Assembly: GCA_963764625.1 (NCBI GenBank)
Contig: CAVXTH010000009.1
Span: forward strand, 1,062,292 to 1,126,291
Direction of reading: 5' to 3'
DNA: 64,000 bases
Origin: Candidatus Krumholzibacteriota bacterium
GTDB lineage: Bacteria; Krumholzibacteriota; Krumholzibacteriia; JAJRXK01
Both the position numbers and the translations under genes were made by a program. The notes beneath the pieces are model-generated. The model had not been told where the DNA came from. It searched no databases and saw nothing but the letters and a program-made list of their open reading frames with translations. Positions 1 through 10,692 of this stretch are shown piece by piece; positions within the stretch are counted from its first letter, which is position 1, and every line of letters starts with the position of its first letter.

Positions 1-33
1 AGCGACGGGCCGCTGAGCGGCGGGAGCGACGAG

Positions 34-720
34 TTGCTCATCGAGATCGAGAACGTGCACAAGATCTACGAGCTCGGAATCCACCGAGTTCACGCCTTGG
101 GCGGGGTCACCCTCCACATAGAAGAGGGCGAGTACCTGGCGATCATGGGTGCGTCTGGCTCGGGCAAATCCACTCTCATGAACATCCTTGGCTGTCTTGA
201 CACCCCCACCAGCGGATCGTACCGTCTGAAGGGATCGCAAGTCGATCAATTGGACGACGACGAGTTAGCCGGAATTCGAAATCGGGAGATCGGTTTCGTG
301 TTCCAGACTTTCAATCTGCTCCCGAGGTCGACCGCGGCCCAGAACGTCGAGCTCCCACTGATCTACGCGGGGAAGAAGGCGGCGGAACGCGAGAGTCGAG
401 CGCGGGAAGCGCTGCGGGCGGTGGGCCTTCAAGAACGAATTCACCATCGCCCCAACGAGTTGTCGGGAGGCCAAAACCAACGAGTGGCCATCGCTCGGGC
501 TCTCGTCAACCAGCCTTCCATTCTCTTGGCCGACGAACCCACTGGGAACCTGGACTCCAGGACCAGTGACGAGATCATGGAGCTCTTGGATGCGCTACAC
601 GGGCGGGGACACACCGTCATCATCGTCACCCACGAGGAAGAGATCGCGGCGCACGCCCGGCGCATCGTGCGTCTTCGCGACGGAACCGTCGAATTGGATC
701 AAACCGTCGGGTCGATCTAG
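34..720 (+). CDS. ABC transporter ATP-binding protein (MacB/LolD-type)
   Basis: Walker A GASGSGKS, signature LSGGQNQRV, Walker [14 protein letters not shown]-loop VTHE. The frame is open to the window edge, so the start is uncertain. Confidence 0.93.
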   Translation: MLIEIENVHKIYELGIHRVHALGGVTLHIEEGEYLAIMGASGSGKSTLMNILGCLDTPTSGSYRLKGSQVDQLDDDELAGIRNREIGFVFQTFNLLPRSTAAQNVELPLIYAGKKAAERESRAREALRAVGLQERIHHRPNELSGGQNQRVAIARALVNQPSILLADEPTGNLDSRTSDEIMELLDALHGRGHTVIIVTHEEEIAAHARRIVRLRDGTVELDQTVGSI

Positions 721-724
721 CTCG

Positions 725-2053
725 GTGAGGCCTTCGGTGGCCCTGTTCTGGGCGCTGGTGGTCTTTGCGCTGTTCGCAGCTCTCCCCTCTTTCGCCCAGC
801 GCCGTTTCGTCGACGGCGATTGGGGCGGCGGACCGCACGCCTGGTACGACAGCGAAGTCAAAGCCGGATTCGACGATACCGGACGCGCGGAGGCCGTGGT
901 GACCATCACGGTTCCCTATCGCCATCTCATCTTCCTGAAACAGGCTGACGGACGATTTCGCGCGGGGTATCACCTCAGAGTGGTACAGCGGGACGAATCC
1001 AAGAAGGCTCTGCGCTCGCAGGAGTGGAACGGCGAGGTCTACGTGGAAGACTATGCTCAGACGCGAGTCTCGACCGTGCTCAAGCGCGAGTTGAGGTTTG
1101 CCCTGGCGCCCTCGGCAGCCAAGCAAGTCCTCGTGAATGTCAGGATGGACCTGGAGGGAAGTCATCGCTGGGGCAAGCGAGAGTTCACGCTGGGACTTCC
1201 CCACCTCCCTCCGGGGGGAGTCGCACTCGGCGATGTCGCGCTCTACCACCCTCGCGAACCAGGGGAATACACCGCCCGCGATACCAGTCTGATCGGCCTC
1301 GCGCCGGGACAGCTCGCGAGAGACTTTACCCGTTCCGCCTACCCCCTTTTCGACCTCTCCTCGGGCGAACCCTATGCGTTGGTGCAGGTCTACGATTTTC
1401 GATCCAGTGGCGATCGTGACTCGCTCACCCTCGGCTTTCAGATCCGGGAAGATCGAGGTAGTGGCAAGGTTCACTGGACGAGGCGGGTGCGCGTCGCCAG
1501 CCAGGAAAAGGAACGATCCTTCCTTCTGAGGCTTCCCCCGGGTGCGTGTACTCGAGGCGAGAACCTGCTGCGTATCACTTTGATCGGCGGTGACGAGCGG
1601 AAGCTCGAGTTTCAGAACTTCGGACTGGACGCGAACTCGGACAAGCAATGGGAAGAGAATCTGAGGGTCATCGAGGCGATCGCGAGCGACGCCGAGCTGC
1701 AGAGCTTGCGCGATACCCCGGCGGGGGAGAGGATCGCGGCGTGGAACGCGTTCTGGCAGCGGCGTGATCCCGACCCCAATACGCCGGGCAACCCCCGTCT
1801 GAAGGCGCACTACGAGCGCGTGAGCCACGCACGAGAGAATTTCAAGGACGGGACCTCCGACGGAGCCACCAGCGATCGAGGGCGCGTCTACGTCCGCCTG
1901 GGTCCCCCTGACAGCATCGAGAGTCAAACCATGCTCCAGAGCAGCAGTGCCGAGTATGAACTGTGGCACTATCTGGATCGGGGAGAGACCTTTTACTTCC
2001 GCGACGACGATGGCCTGGGACATTGGGCTCTGGTCTGGCGAGAACAGGACTGA
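725..2053 (+). CDS. Secreted GWxTD-domain protein
   Basis: Signal peptide after GTG 725 (VRPSVALFWALVVFALFAALPSFA). The C-terminal FWQRRDPDPNTPGN...HYERV...SDRGRVYVRLGPPD...WHY matches the GWxTD domain pattern. Confidence 0.8.
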   Translation: MRPSVALFWALVVFALFAALPSFAQRRFVDGDWGGGPHAWYDSEVKAGFDDTGRAEAVVTITVPYRHLIFLKQADGRFRAGYHLRVVQRDESKKALRSQEWNGEVYVEDYAQTRVSTVLKRELRFALAPSAAKQVLVNVRMDLEGSHRWGKREFTLGLPHLPPGGVALGDVALYHPREPGEYTARDTSLIGLAPGQLARDFTRSAYPLFDLSSGEPYALVQVYDFRSSGDRDSLTLGFQIREDRGSGKVHWTRRVRVASQEKERSFLLRLPPGACTRGENLLRITLIGGDERKLEFQNFGLDANSDKQWEENLRVIEAIASDAELQSLRDTPAGERIAAWNAFWQRRDPDPNTPGNPRLKAHYERVSHARENFKDGTSDGATSDRGRVYVRLGPPDSIESQTMLQSSSAEYELWHYLDRGETFYFRDDDGLGHWALVWREQD

Positions 2054-2066
2054 CAAGGAGGACGGC

Positions 2067-3040
2067 TTGATCGATCCCAGCCTAGGGTTTTCGCTTCGCG
2101 AAAAGATGGATGCCCTGCCCATCGACTGGCGCAATGCGTATCTGGGGTTCGACGCGCGCGGAAAACCGTGCGGCTGGCCCGGGTCGGCGGCCGAGCTCGC
2201 CGGCGTTCCCACGATCACGGTGAGTGCGGAGCTCGTGGTTGAGACCCCGCTCGAAGCGCTCCGGGAGTCCCCTTCACATCGTGCCGGGCTCTTGAGCGAG
2301 GCGCGCATGGGCGAACTCTTCCAGCTGATTCAAGAACGCGGGGAATGGTCTCTGGTCGCCGGAGAGGACGGCTACGTCGCCTGGATGCGGTCCTGGTCCA
2401 GCCGCAAGTTGAGTCAAAGGGAAAAAGAAGAGCTCCTCTCCCGACGCATCGGGCTCTTCGAACCGGTGCTGGGGACTTTCGATGCCCGTGATGGTATGTG
2501 TCAGGCTCTTTTGCGCGGCACGCCTCTGCTCCAGGTCGAGGACACCCGCCTCGATTCCTCGCCCATCTCGGTGGGTCTGGTGGATGGAACCAGGGGGCGT
2601 TTGCCCCTACAGGCAGTGCGCTCGAGCCCCCCAAGGCGGAGGTGTCCGCGCTGGTGGGGGAGGCCAGTCGGTACCTGGGCGCGCCGTACCGGTGGGGAGG
2701 CCGGAGTCCTCTGGGACTGGATTGCAGCGGATATACCCAGCTCGTCGCTCGCTCGTGCGGGTTCTTTCTCCCCCGTGATGCCCTGCAGCAGGCAAGTTGT
2801 GGGAGCGCGGTCGCCTCGGACCCTGCGGGCTGGCAACCGGGCGACCTCCTCTTCTTCCACGAGCCGGTGGACCATGTCGCGTTTTGGGCCGGAAGCGGCA
2901 CACTCCTTCACGCGCGGATTCGGGTCTGCCAGCAGAAGAGCGCGGAACTCGCCGAGCTCATGGACTCCCTCGTCGCGGTGAGGAGACTGGGCGCCGCGGA
3001 TCGACTCTCGCGCGAGAGTCTGTGTGCATGGATCGGCTGA
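2067..3040 (+). CDS. SH3b + NlpC/P60 peptidase (YkfC-like), split by a frameshift near 2627-2632
   Basis: RBS AAGGAG 2055-2060, TTG 2067. SH3-like part LRESPSHRAGLLSEARMGE...EDGYVAW lies in one frame. NlpC/P60 part YLGAPYRWGG...DCSG...PGDLLFF...HVAF...LLHA lies in the -1 frame. Adding one C to the C6 run joins them. Confidence 0.82.
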
Positions 3041-3047
3041 GAGGGCC

Positions 3048-4244
3048 TCAGTGCTTCAGGAGAGACTGATGGAGGCTCGCCAGCCAGGCTGAGCCTTCCG
3101 ACTCGGGCACGACGAAGGCCCGATGCCGAGGTCCGTGAAAGGTGAAGAGCGGGGGCCCGAGCTGTGCGCCGGTGTGTTCGACCGCGGTACTCGCCTTTCT
3201 TCCCGACACCCCAAGACCCACCATGGTCACGCGCCGGCGGTTGCGTTCGAGCACGATGGTGACCGAACTCTCCTCGCGGAGAAAATCGGTCACCTGTGCC
3301 TTGAGGGTTTCCCCGTCCATCTCCGGCACTTGAATGCTCATGCACAGTTCGTCATGACCGCGGTAGAGCGCCGCGTCGAGCGGAAGGTCCGTGCGATCGA
3401 GCAGAGCGGTGAGACGAGAGAGGATCCCGGAGTCGAAGGGAAGTCCCTCGAGGGTGAGCAGTCCTATCGGCGGTGAGAGACACAGGCTCCAGACTGGATG
3501 GGGAGAGGGAATGGGACCCTCGGTGACCAGGGTGCACCCGCCCGCTTCCCGGAAACTGCGGAGCTCCAGTTCGAGTCCGTGAGCCTTGGCGATCTCGAGC
3601 GCCTGAGGGTGCAGAATCGGAACTCCCGCTTCAGCCAGGTCGATCATGTGCGCGTAGTCCAAACGATCGATTCTGCGCCCGCGAACCGACAGCAGCTTGG
3701 GGTCGACGCCGTAGATCCCATCCGCGTCGCGGTAGTACACGATCCGATCGGCCCTGAAGTGAACGCCCAGAACCGCGGCCGTGATGTCGGTGCCTCCCCT
3801 TCCCAAGGTCGTGATCCGGCCGTCTTCGGTTCTCCCCTGAAAGCCCGCCACGACGGGGATCTCGCCGGCTTCCAGAGAGGCGGTGACGGCGGCAGCGTCC
3901 ACCCGCAGCACGCGGGCGCGCCCGAAATCATCGTCGGTGATCACTCCCGCCTCGCTTCCGGTGAACGAGCGCGAAGCCAAGCCCCGCTTGGCCAGAGCGA
4001 TGGAGAGAAAGGCGGCCGACTGCATCTCTCCGGTGGCAAGGAGACGATCGAGCTCGCTTCCGGGGGCTTCAGGATGAATGCGTCGGGCGGTGGAGAGCAG
4101 GCGATTGGTGGTGCCGGACACGGCGGACACCACCACGACCGGTCGCATGCCGCTCTCCAGCACGTGGTGCACGCGCTCGGCGGCGGCTGTGATGAGTTCA
4201 ACACCGGCTAGAGATGAGCCACCAAATTTCAAAATCCGAGCCAT
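3048..4244 (-). CDS. lysC: Aspartate kinase
   Basis: ILKFGGSS, VVVVSA, TGEMQS, VAGFQG, TTLGRGGTD, DADGIYGVDP, followed by a C-terminal ACT-like region. Confidence 0.9.
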   Translation of the reverse strand: MARILKFGGSSLAGVELITAAAERVHHVLESGMRPVVVVSAVSGTTNRLLSTARRIHPEAPGSELDRLLATGEMQSAAFLSIALAKRGLASRSFTGSEAGVITDDDFGRARVLRVDAAAVTASLEAGEIPVVAGFQGRTEDGRITTLGRGGTDITAAVLGVHFRADRIVYYRDADGIYGVDPKLLSVRGRRIDRLDYAHMIDLAEAGVPILHPQALEIAKAHGLELELRSFREAGGCTLVTEGPIPSPHPVWSLCLSPPIGLLTLEGLPFDSGILSRLTALLDRTDLPLDAALYRGHDELCMSIQVPEMDGETLKAQVTDFLREESSVTIVLERNRRRVTMVGLGVSGRKASTAVEHTGAQLGPPLFTFHGPRHRAFVVPESEGSAWLASLHQSLLKH

Positions 4245-4374
4245 CACGGCCACCCTCGAAGCTGAAATCGATTTCCCCTGGAGGGCGAATCGCAAGGATC
4301 ACGCCGTCTTTTCAGGGGCCAGAGATCCGGCTGCGGAGAAGGTACCCCAGCTGCTTCCCATGTCCAAATAAGTG

Positions 4375-4404
4375 TTGCTACTGCCTGGCGGGCTCTGCTA
4401 TCTT
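4375..4404 (+). promoter_or_regulatory. Putative sigma70 promoter for the radC-mre operon
   Basis: TTGCTA-18 nt-TATCTT with an extended -10 TG. Confidence 0.4.
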
Positions 4405-4507
4405 CCCCTCACAGCTGGCGGGTAGAATGTTCTCATGCAATCACTTACGAGCGTGAGCGCCCCCGCGGAGCCCCCCCTGGTGGACGCCCCCCCTTCTTGC
4501 TGTGAGT

Positions 4508-5176
4508 ATGAGTTCCATCTATGAGGTGGTGGACGCGGGCGAGCGCTGTCGGCGATGGGGGCCCTCCGCACTCTCGGCGGCGGAACTTCTGGCGTTGGTG
4601 TTGACTCGGGGAGGCAGTCGAAGCAGCGCGCTCGAGCTGGCGCGATCAGTGCTGGCTCGATTCGGCGACCTGCGGCATCTTTCCCGTGCTGAGGCGCGTG
4701 AGCTCACGAAGCTGGACGGAATTGGAGCCGCCCGGAGCGTGACTCTGAGCGCCGCGTTCGAGCTGGGGCGTCGAGTGGAGCACGGGGATGCGGAGTCTCT
4801 CGAACTGATCGAGGGACCCGACAGCGCCGCGCGTCTCTTGCGCACCGTGTTGGGGGGTCTGAAGCAGGAGGGAGTGGCCGTTCTCCATCTGGGAGCGCGA
4901 CACCAGGTCCTGCGCGTGCAGTTGGTCGCCTTGGGAACCCTCAACGCCGCGAGCGTAGAAGCGCGGGAGATTTTCCGCGGAGCCATCGCGGTGGCAGCGG
5001 CGGCGATCGTGCTCGGCCACAATCACCCTTCGGGTTCGCCCGAGCCGAGCCAAGACGATCTGCGCCTCACGCGTCGCATTGCCGGCTGTGGCGAGACGCT
5101 GGGGGTGACTCTCTTGGACCATCTGGTCCTGGGCGAGGGAAGCTACGTTAGCCTGCGAGAGCGGGGAGTTCTCTAG
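4508..5176 (+). CDS. radC: RadC family JAB-domain protein
   Basis: [13 protein letters not shown], HhH-like GIGAARS, JAB motif [22 protein letters not shown]. Confidence 0.93.
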   Translation: MSSIYEVVDAGERCRRWGPSALSAAELLALVLTRGGSRSSALELARSVLARFGDLRHLSRAEARELTKLDGIGAARSVTLSAAFELGRRVEHGDAESLELIEGPDSAARLLRTVLGGLKQEGVAVLHLGARHQVLRVQLVALGTLNAASVEAREIFRGAIAVAAAAIVLGHNHPSGSPEPSQDDLRLTRRIAGCGETLGVTLLDHLVLGEGSYVSLRERGVL

Positions 5177-5195
5177 CGTGGGCGCCGGAGGAACG

Positions 5196-6266
5196 ATGAC
5201 GAGCACGACCAAGGGATTGGGCAAATTGAGTCTTTGGAGCCGCTTCAACAACCTCTTCACCAACGACATCGCCATCGATCTCGGGACGGCGAATACTCTG
5301 GTCTACATCAAGGGGAAGGGCATCGTTCTGAACGAACCGAGCGTGGTCACGGTGGACAAGACGAGCCGGAGAGTTCTCGCTGTCGGTTCAAAAGCCAAAG
5401 CGATGTTGGGCAAGACCCCGGACAAGATCGAGGCCATCCGTCCGCTCAAAGACGGAGTCATCGCCGACTTCGAAGTCACCGAGTACATGCTGCGTGAGTT
5501 CATCAACATGGCGCAAAACAAGCGCCACTTCATCGCCCCGCGAATCATCATCTGCGTTCCCAGTGGAATTACCGAGGTCGAGAAGCGCGCGGTGCGGGAT
5601 TCGGCCAAGCACGCGGGCGCGCGCGAAGTATTTCTGGTGGCCGAACCCATTGCAGCCGCGATCGGGGTGGGGCTTCCGGTCGACCAGCCCAGCGGCAACA
5701 TGATCATCGACATCGGTGGCGGCACCACCGAGATCGCGGTGATCGCACTGAACGGAATCGTTTGCGATAAATCGATTCGAGTGGGTGGAGACGAGATGGA
5801 CGAGGCGATCGTCGGCTACGTGAAGAAGAACTACAACCTCCTCATCGGCCTCCCCACCGCGGAAACGATCAAGAAGGAAATCGGCAGCGCGTACAAATTC
5901 GACGAGGAAGTCGAGTGGGAGGTGAAGGGGCGCGATCTCGTGGCGGGGATTCCCAAGACTCTGAGGATTTCGAGCGACGAGATCCGGCAGGCGCTGCAGG
6001 AGCCGATCGATCAAATCGTGGAAGCGGTGAAAGAGGCGCTCGAACACACGCCCCCCGAGCTGGCAGCCGATATCGTGGATCGTGGTATCGTCATGACCGG
6101 CGGAGGAAGCTTGCTCAAGGGTCTCGACATGCTGCTCAAGGAAGCAACGAATCTTCCTCTCAACATGGTGGATGATCCTCTGTACTGTGTGGTCCTGGGT
6201 ACCGGCAAGATCCTCGACAACGTGAGCTCCTATGAGGATGTGATCATTCACTCCGCCAAGGATTGA
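5196..6266 (+). CDS. mreB: Rod shape-determining protein MreB
   Basis: [39 protein letters not shown] before ATG 5196. Confidence 0.98.
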   Translation: MTSTTKGLGKLSLWSRFNNLFTNDIAIDLGTANTLVYIKGKGIVLNEPSVVTVDKTSRRVLAVGSKAKAMLGKTPDKIEAIRPLKDGVIADFEVTEYMLREFINMAQNKRHFIAPRIIICVPSGITEVEKRAVRDSAKHAGAREVFLVAEPIAAAIGVGLPVDQPSGNMIIDIGGGTTEIAVIALNGIVCDKSIRVGGDEMDEAIVGYVKKNYNLLIGLPTAETIKKEIGSAYKFDEEVEWEVKGRDLVAGIPKTLRISSDEIRQALQEPIDQIVEAVKEALEHTPPELAADIVDRGIVMTGGGSLLKGLDMLLKEATNLPLNMVDDPLYCVVLGTGKILDNVSSYEDVIIHSAKD

Positions 6267-6267
6267 G

Positions 6268-7125
6268 ATGGCGAGACTTCCCGAGGGCCTCTCGCGCTTC
6301 CGTGACCAGATCGTCCTGATCATCTGCGTGGCGCTCTCGCTGTGGGCGATTTCCCTCGACAACCCCAAACGGCTGGATGTCGGGACGCGACTCGCGCACC
6401 GCGTATTCACGCCGGTGGAATGGATCGCTCGCGTCGTCGACGATCTGGGTTCGCTGAGGCGCGAGAACGAAGTGCTGCGCGGTAAGATCGCGGCGATGGA
6501 TTTGGATGCGGTCCAGATCGAGCTGCAGCGGCATCGCTTCGAGGAGTTGCAGCGCCGCGCCGGATTTTTCGAACACAACCGGGGAAGACTGGCGCCGGCC
6601 ATCGTGCTGGAGCTCACGGTGAACCGCATTCCGGTGCAGGCGAAGATTCGCATTCAGAGCGAAGACAGCCTCGCGGTCTGGCAGCCGGTCGTCACCGAGA
6701 ACGGGCTCGTGGGAAGAGTGCGAGAGCTGCTCGACGACAAGACGGCCCTGGTGGAGCTTCTCACCGAAGCCGACGCTAGAATCAGCGTCGAGTCCCTCGC
6801 GAGCGGGGTGACCGGACTTCTCCGCTACAACGGCCGCATCTTCCTCATGGATCATGTGCCCCAGGGCGACCCTCTCGCGGTGAACGACCAGATCGTCACC
6901 AGCGGTTTAGGTGGGACGGTTCCGCGAGGAATTCCGGTGGGCCGCATCTCACGCGTGGAGCTTTCCAAGGTCGAGCTCTTTCAACACGTGGAGATCGAAG
7001 CCGCGGTCCATTTCAGCGCGCTATCGCAGGTCTACGTGATCACGCGACCCGGTCCCTGGTACTCCCGCCACGACGACAGCGTCTTGCCCGCGAAGAGCGA
7101 CGATGCGCAGGGAGCAACGCCGTGA
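6268..7125 (+). CDS. mreC: Rod shape-determining protein MreC
   Basis: N-terminal TM, coiled coil LRRENEVLR, GLVGRV, VTSGLGGTVPRGIPVG. Synteny with mreB. Confidence 0.93.
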   Translation: MARLPEGLSRFRDQIVLIICVALSLWAISLDNPKRLDVGTRLAHRVFTPVEWIARVVDDLGSLRRENEVLRGKIAAMDLDAVQIELQRHRFEELQRRAGFFEHNRGRLAPAIVLELTVNRIPVQAKIRIQSEDSLAVWQPVVTENGLVGRVRELLDDKTALVELLTEADARISVESLASGVTGLLRYNGRIFLMDHVPQGDPLAVNDQIVTSGLGGTVPRGIPVGRISRVELSKVELFQHVEIEAAVHFSALSQVYVITRPGPWYSRHDDSVLPAKSDDAQGATP

Positions 7126-7631
7126 ACTCCCTCCGCCTCACCCTCACCGCGCTTTTCGCTCTGCTGCTGCAGCTCACCCTCGTCGAGCGCATGGCGTTCT
7201 TCGGAGTGCGGCCGGATTTCACGGTGCTCGTCGTCGTACTGTTGGGCCTGAGGGGTGGTCCCCTGACCGGCACTCTGGTGGGGTTCTTCCTCGGCCTGAT
7301 CCAGGACCTCCTGACCCCGGCCACTCTGGGCATGAGCATGCTCGCCAAGACCATCCTGGGAAACATCTCCGGGCGTCTGAGTTCCAGTTTAGTGCTGCCG
7401 GCGCTTCCTCTGTACGGCCCGCTATTCGCGGTCGCGGTTCTGACCCACGACTTCATCTACCTGCTGGCCTACACTCGCCTCGAACCGGGTCGTTTTCTGC
7501 GAATTTTCCTCACTCAATCCTTTCCCACCGCCCTCTACACCGCACTGGTGGGCGTCCTTCTCCTTCTCCTCACCTCTCTTTTGGGAGGCGGTGCGTTGGG
7601 CCTGAGGAGGGAGGTGGGAGGTGGCCATTGA
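7122..7631 (+). CDS. mreD: Rod shape-determining protein MreD
   Basis: Hydrophobic protein with GVRPDFTVLVV and GFFLGLIQD. Synteny. Confidence 0.92.
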   Translation: MNSLRLTLTALFALLLQLTLVERMAFFGVRPDFTVLVVVLLGLRGGPLTGTLVGFFLGLIQDLLTPATLGMSMLAKTILGNISGRLSSSLVLPALPLYGPLFAVAVLTHDFIYLLAYTRLEPGRFLRIFLTQSFPTALYTALVGVLLLLLTSLLGGGALGLRREVGGGH

Positions 7632-9423
7632 GCTCAGCGCTCGAGAATCACGAGCCCACCTTCTGGTTCGTGGGGTTCTGATCGCCTACGGCATCCTGAT
7701 CCTCTCTCTGATCGCGACTCAGGTGGTTCGCAACGAGTACTACGTGGGATTGGCCCGGGAAAACCGGCAGACCACCATGCGGATCGACGCGCCGCGAGGG
7801 ATCATCGCCGACCGCAACGGCATCGCTCTGGCGGACAACGTCCATCAAGCACGGCTGACCATCTCGAAGCAGCGCGCCCACGAGGGAGACGCTTCCCTGG
7901 AGGCTCTGATCCGGCTGCTGGGCCTGGACCGCGACTTCATCCTCTCCCGAATGGCCGATTCGGGCGAACCCAGCCGAGTCACCATCCTGCGCCACGCTGA
8001 CCCGAAGCAGATCGCGGTGGTGGAGGAGCACCGCGCAGTGCTTCCGGACGTGCAGCTCGAGGTCGAGCCACGGCGCCGCTATCACTTTGGATCACTGGCC
8101 GCGCACCTCCTGGGATACGTGGGCGAGGTGAATAGCGCCGACATGAGACGCGATCATCGCGGCTTCTACGAACCGGGAGACATCGTCGGTCGAACCGGAG
8201 TGGAGAGCCTGGCGGAAAATCAGCTTCGTGGAGTCCACGGCCGTCGCGTGGTGGAAGTGAACGTCGCGGGGCATCTGGTGGGAGAGGTTCCCGAGGGTTT
8301 CTCCCAGGCCATTCCGGGGGTGAAGATCTATCTCACCCTGAGCCAGCCGCTCCAGGCGCGACTGGAAGAGCTGCTGAAAGGGAAGCGTGGAGCCGGCGTG
8401 GTGATCGAGGTGGCGACCGGAGACATCCTGGCCATGGCCTCGTCTCCCACTTTCGATCCCAACGAATTCACCGGCGGGATCAGCAGCGAACGGTACGGTG
8501 AGCTGCGGGACGATCCGGGCAAGCCCCTCTTCAACCGTACTCTCCAGGGCACCTATCCCCCCGGAAGCCCCTACAAATTGATCACGGCCGCCGCCGCTCT
8601 CGAGTACGGAAAGGTGACGCCTTCAACTCGCTTCGAGCCCTGCACCGGAGGGTACCGTCTGGGCAACCGCGTCTTTCGCTGCTGGAAGCCGGAGGGACAC
8701 GGAAGTCTGAACCTGAAGGAGGCCATCGCCCAGAGCTGCGACGTCTACTTTTACCAGTTGGCGGAGAAACTCACTCTGGAGGAACTGGATGAGACGGCGC
8801 ATCGCTTCGGACTGGGCCGGCCGACCGGAGTCGAACTGAGCGGCGAGGCCTCGGGCCTTGTTCCCGACAGGAAGTACTACAACCAGCGATTCGGGGTGGG
8901 ACACTGGACTCGGGCCGTGCTTCTGAACAACGGCATCGGACAGGGTGAGCTTCTGGTCACGCCTCTGCAGATGACGCGGACCTTCGCCGCCATCGGAGGA
9001 GATGGCTATCTGTATCGGCCGCATTTAATCCTCGCACGCGAGAACGCCTACGGGGTCATCGACAAAAGACTCGTGCGAAGACTGAACCAGAAGATCTGTT
9101 CGGACAAAACCAGGCACTTCCTGCAGAGTGCTCTGGTGGACGCGGTGGCGGCGGAGGAGGGGACCGGAGGACTGGCGCGTATCCAGGGTGTGAACGTCGC
9201 CGGAAAGACCGGCACGGCCGAGAACGCCTCTGGGGAAGATCACGCCTGGTTCATCGCCTACGCTCCCGCGGAGGATCCGGAGGTCGCGGTCGCAGTCATC
9301 GTCGAGAACGCGGGACATGGTGGATCGGTGGCGGCTCCGATCGTGGGTGATCTGCTCAAGACCTATTTCGACTGGCAAGACCAGGAGGGCCAAGCGAGCT
9401 CCGAGCAGGGAGTACAGCCATGA
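7621..9423 (+). CDS. mrdA: Penicillin-binding protein 2
   Basis: APRGIIADRNG, SxxK (GSPYK), SCD, KTGT motifs. Lies between mreD and rodA. Confidence 0.96.
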   Translation: MAIELSARESRAHLLVRGVLIAYGILILSLIATQVVRNEYYVGLARENRQTTMRIDAPRGIIADRNGIALADNVHQARLTISKQRAHEGDASLEALIRLLGLDRDFILSRMADSGEPSRVTILRHADPKQIAVVEEHRAVLPDVQLEVEPRRRYHFGSLAAHLLGYVGEVNSADMRRDHRGFYEPGDIVGRTGVESLAENQLRGVHGRRVVEVNVAGHLVGEVPEGFSQAIPGVKIYLTLSQPLQARLEELLKGKRGAGVVIEVATGDILAMASSPTFDPNEFTGGISSERYGELRDDPGKPLFNRTLQGTYPPGSPYKLITAAAALEYGKVTPSTRFEPCTGGYRLGNRVFRCWKPEGHGSLNLKEAIAQSCDVYFYQLAEKLTLEELDETAHRFGLGRPTGVELSGEASGLVPDRKYYNQRFGVGHWTRAVLLNNGIGQGELLVTPLQMTRTFAAIGGDGYLYRPHLILARENAYGVIDKRLVRRLNQKICSDKTRHFLQSALVDAVAAEEGTGGLARIQGVNVAGKTGTAENASGEDHAWFIAYAPAEDPEVAVAVIVENAGHGGSVAAPIVGDLLKTYFDWQDQEGQASSEQGVQP

Positions 9424-10691
9424 GGCGCGGAATCCAACTCGTCTCTCGCATGGATACGGCCGCGCTCAGCGCGTGGTTCGCTCTCATGGTGATCGGCCTG
9501 GCCACCGTCTATTCCTGCACCCAACCGCTTCCCGGGGGGGCGGAGGGGGTGCACCGGCTCATCGGCATCACGATCGTCTACAATCAGATGATCTGGCTGG
9601 TCTTGGGAATCGGCGCCGCGCTTCTCTGCCTGCTCGTTCCGATTCGTTTCTTCGAGACCTTCGCCTTCGTGTTCTACGGCGCCTCCATCGCGGCGCTGTT
9701 GGCCGTCTTCGTCATCAGTCCCGAGCGGGCGGGGACCCACCGCTGGCTCACTCTGGGCCCCTTTTCGTTGCAGCCGTCGGAATTGGCCAAAGTCGCGTAC
9801 CTGTTCACACTCGCGCGTTTTCTCGCGGTGCGGGAGGGAAAGGGCCCCTTCTTCACGGTGGTGGGGGTGTTCCTCCTCTCGCTACCGCCCTTTCTGCTCG
9901 TGCTCAAGGAGCCCGATCTGGGGACCGCTCTGGTCTTTCTCATCCTGGGCGTGCCCATGATGTTCTGGTCGGGAGTTCGCGCATCGTTCCTGCTCGCGAT
10001 CTTCTCTCCGCTTCTGAGCGGGCTCACCATGTTCTACGGGCAGCAGGTTCTGCACAGTGATTGGCCCTGGGCCATCTACGTCGTCGTGCTTCTCTTCGCG
10101 CTTTTCTATTCGCGTCTGTACATGCTTCACAGCGTTCTTCTGGTGGTGGCCAACCTGACGACCGGGCTGGGGATTCCCTTGATCTGGGACAAGCTGCAGA
10201 GCTACCAGCAGCAGAGAATTCTCACCTTCTTCAAGCCGGGAGAGACCGATCATCTCGGCGTGGGCTATCAGGTCTATCAGAGCAAGGTGGCGATCGGATC
10301 GGGCGGCATCTTGGGGAAGGGCTATCTCCACGGCACGCAGAAGGGTCTCGCGTTTCTGCCGGAACGGCATACCGACTTCATCTTCAGCGTCCTGGGAGAG
10401 GAGCTTGGACTCGTGGGAGCGTTGGTCGTCATCAGCCTGTTCCTGCTCATCTTCGTACGCGCGATGCGCATCGCGGTGAAGGCCAAGCGGCCCTTCGCCA
10501 GCCTGCTTGCGGTGGGAGTGGGGTCCTACTTCTTTCTCCAGTCCTTCGTGAACATCTCGATCACCCTGGGTTTGTTACCGGTCACCGGATTGCCCCTTCC
10601 CTTCATCACCTATGGAGGATCCTCCATGCTGGCCTCGTGCCTCATGATGGGCCTCTTGCTCAGTGTCTCCGCCCGTTGGTCGGAGGTCTGA
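9420..10691 (+). CDS. rodA: SEDS glycosyltransferase RodA
   Basis: LQPSELAK, EPDLGT, AIGSGG, FLPERHTDFIF, PVTGLPLPFITYGGSS. Confidence 0.96.
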   Translation: MRRGIQLVSRMDTAALSAWFALMVIGLATVYSCTQPLPGGAEGVHRLIGITIVYNQMIWLVLGIGAALLCLLVPIRFFETFAFVFYGASIAALLAVFVISPERAGTHRWLTLGPFSLQPSELAKVAYLFTLARFLAVREGKGPFFTVVGVFLLSLPPFLLVLKEPDLGTALVFLILGVPMMFWSGVRASFLLAIFSPLLSGLTMFYGQQVLHSDWPWAIYVVVLLFALFYSRLYMLHSVLLVVANLTTGLGIPLIWDKLQSYQQQRILTFFKPGETDHLGVGYQVYQSKVAIGSGGILGKGYLHGTQKGLAFLPERHTDFIFSVLGEELGLVGALVVISLFLLIFVRAMRIAVKAKRPFASLLAVGVGSYFFLQSFVNISITLGLLPVTGLPLPFITYGGSSMLASCLMMGLLLSVSARWSEV

Positions 10692-10692
10692 G

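Noticed and set aside
626-2308. 560-aa antisense ORF
   Set aside because: Shadow of the GWxTD gene. Long antisense frames are expected at high GC and it has no motifs.
4245-4500. Lysine riboswitch upstream of lysC
   Set aside because: No recognisable lysine-riboswitch core on the - strand.
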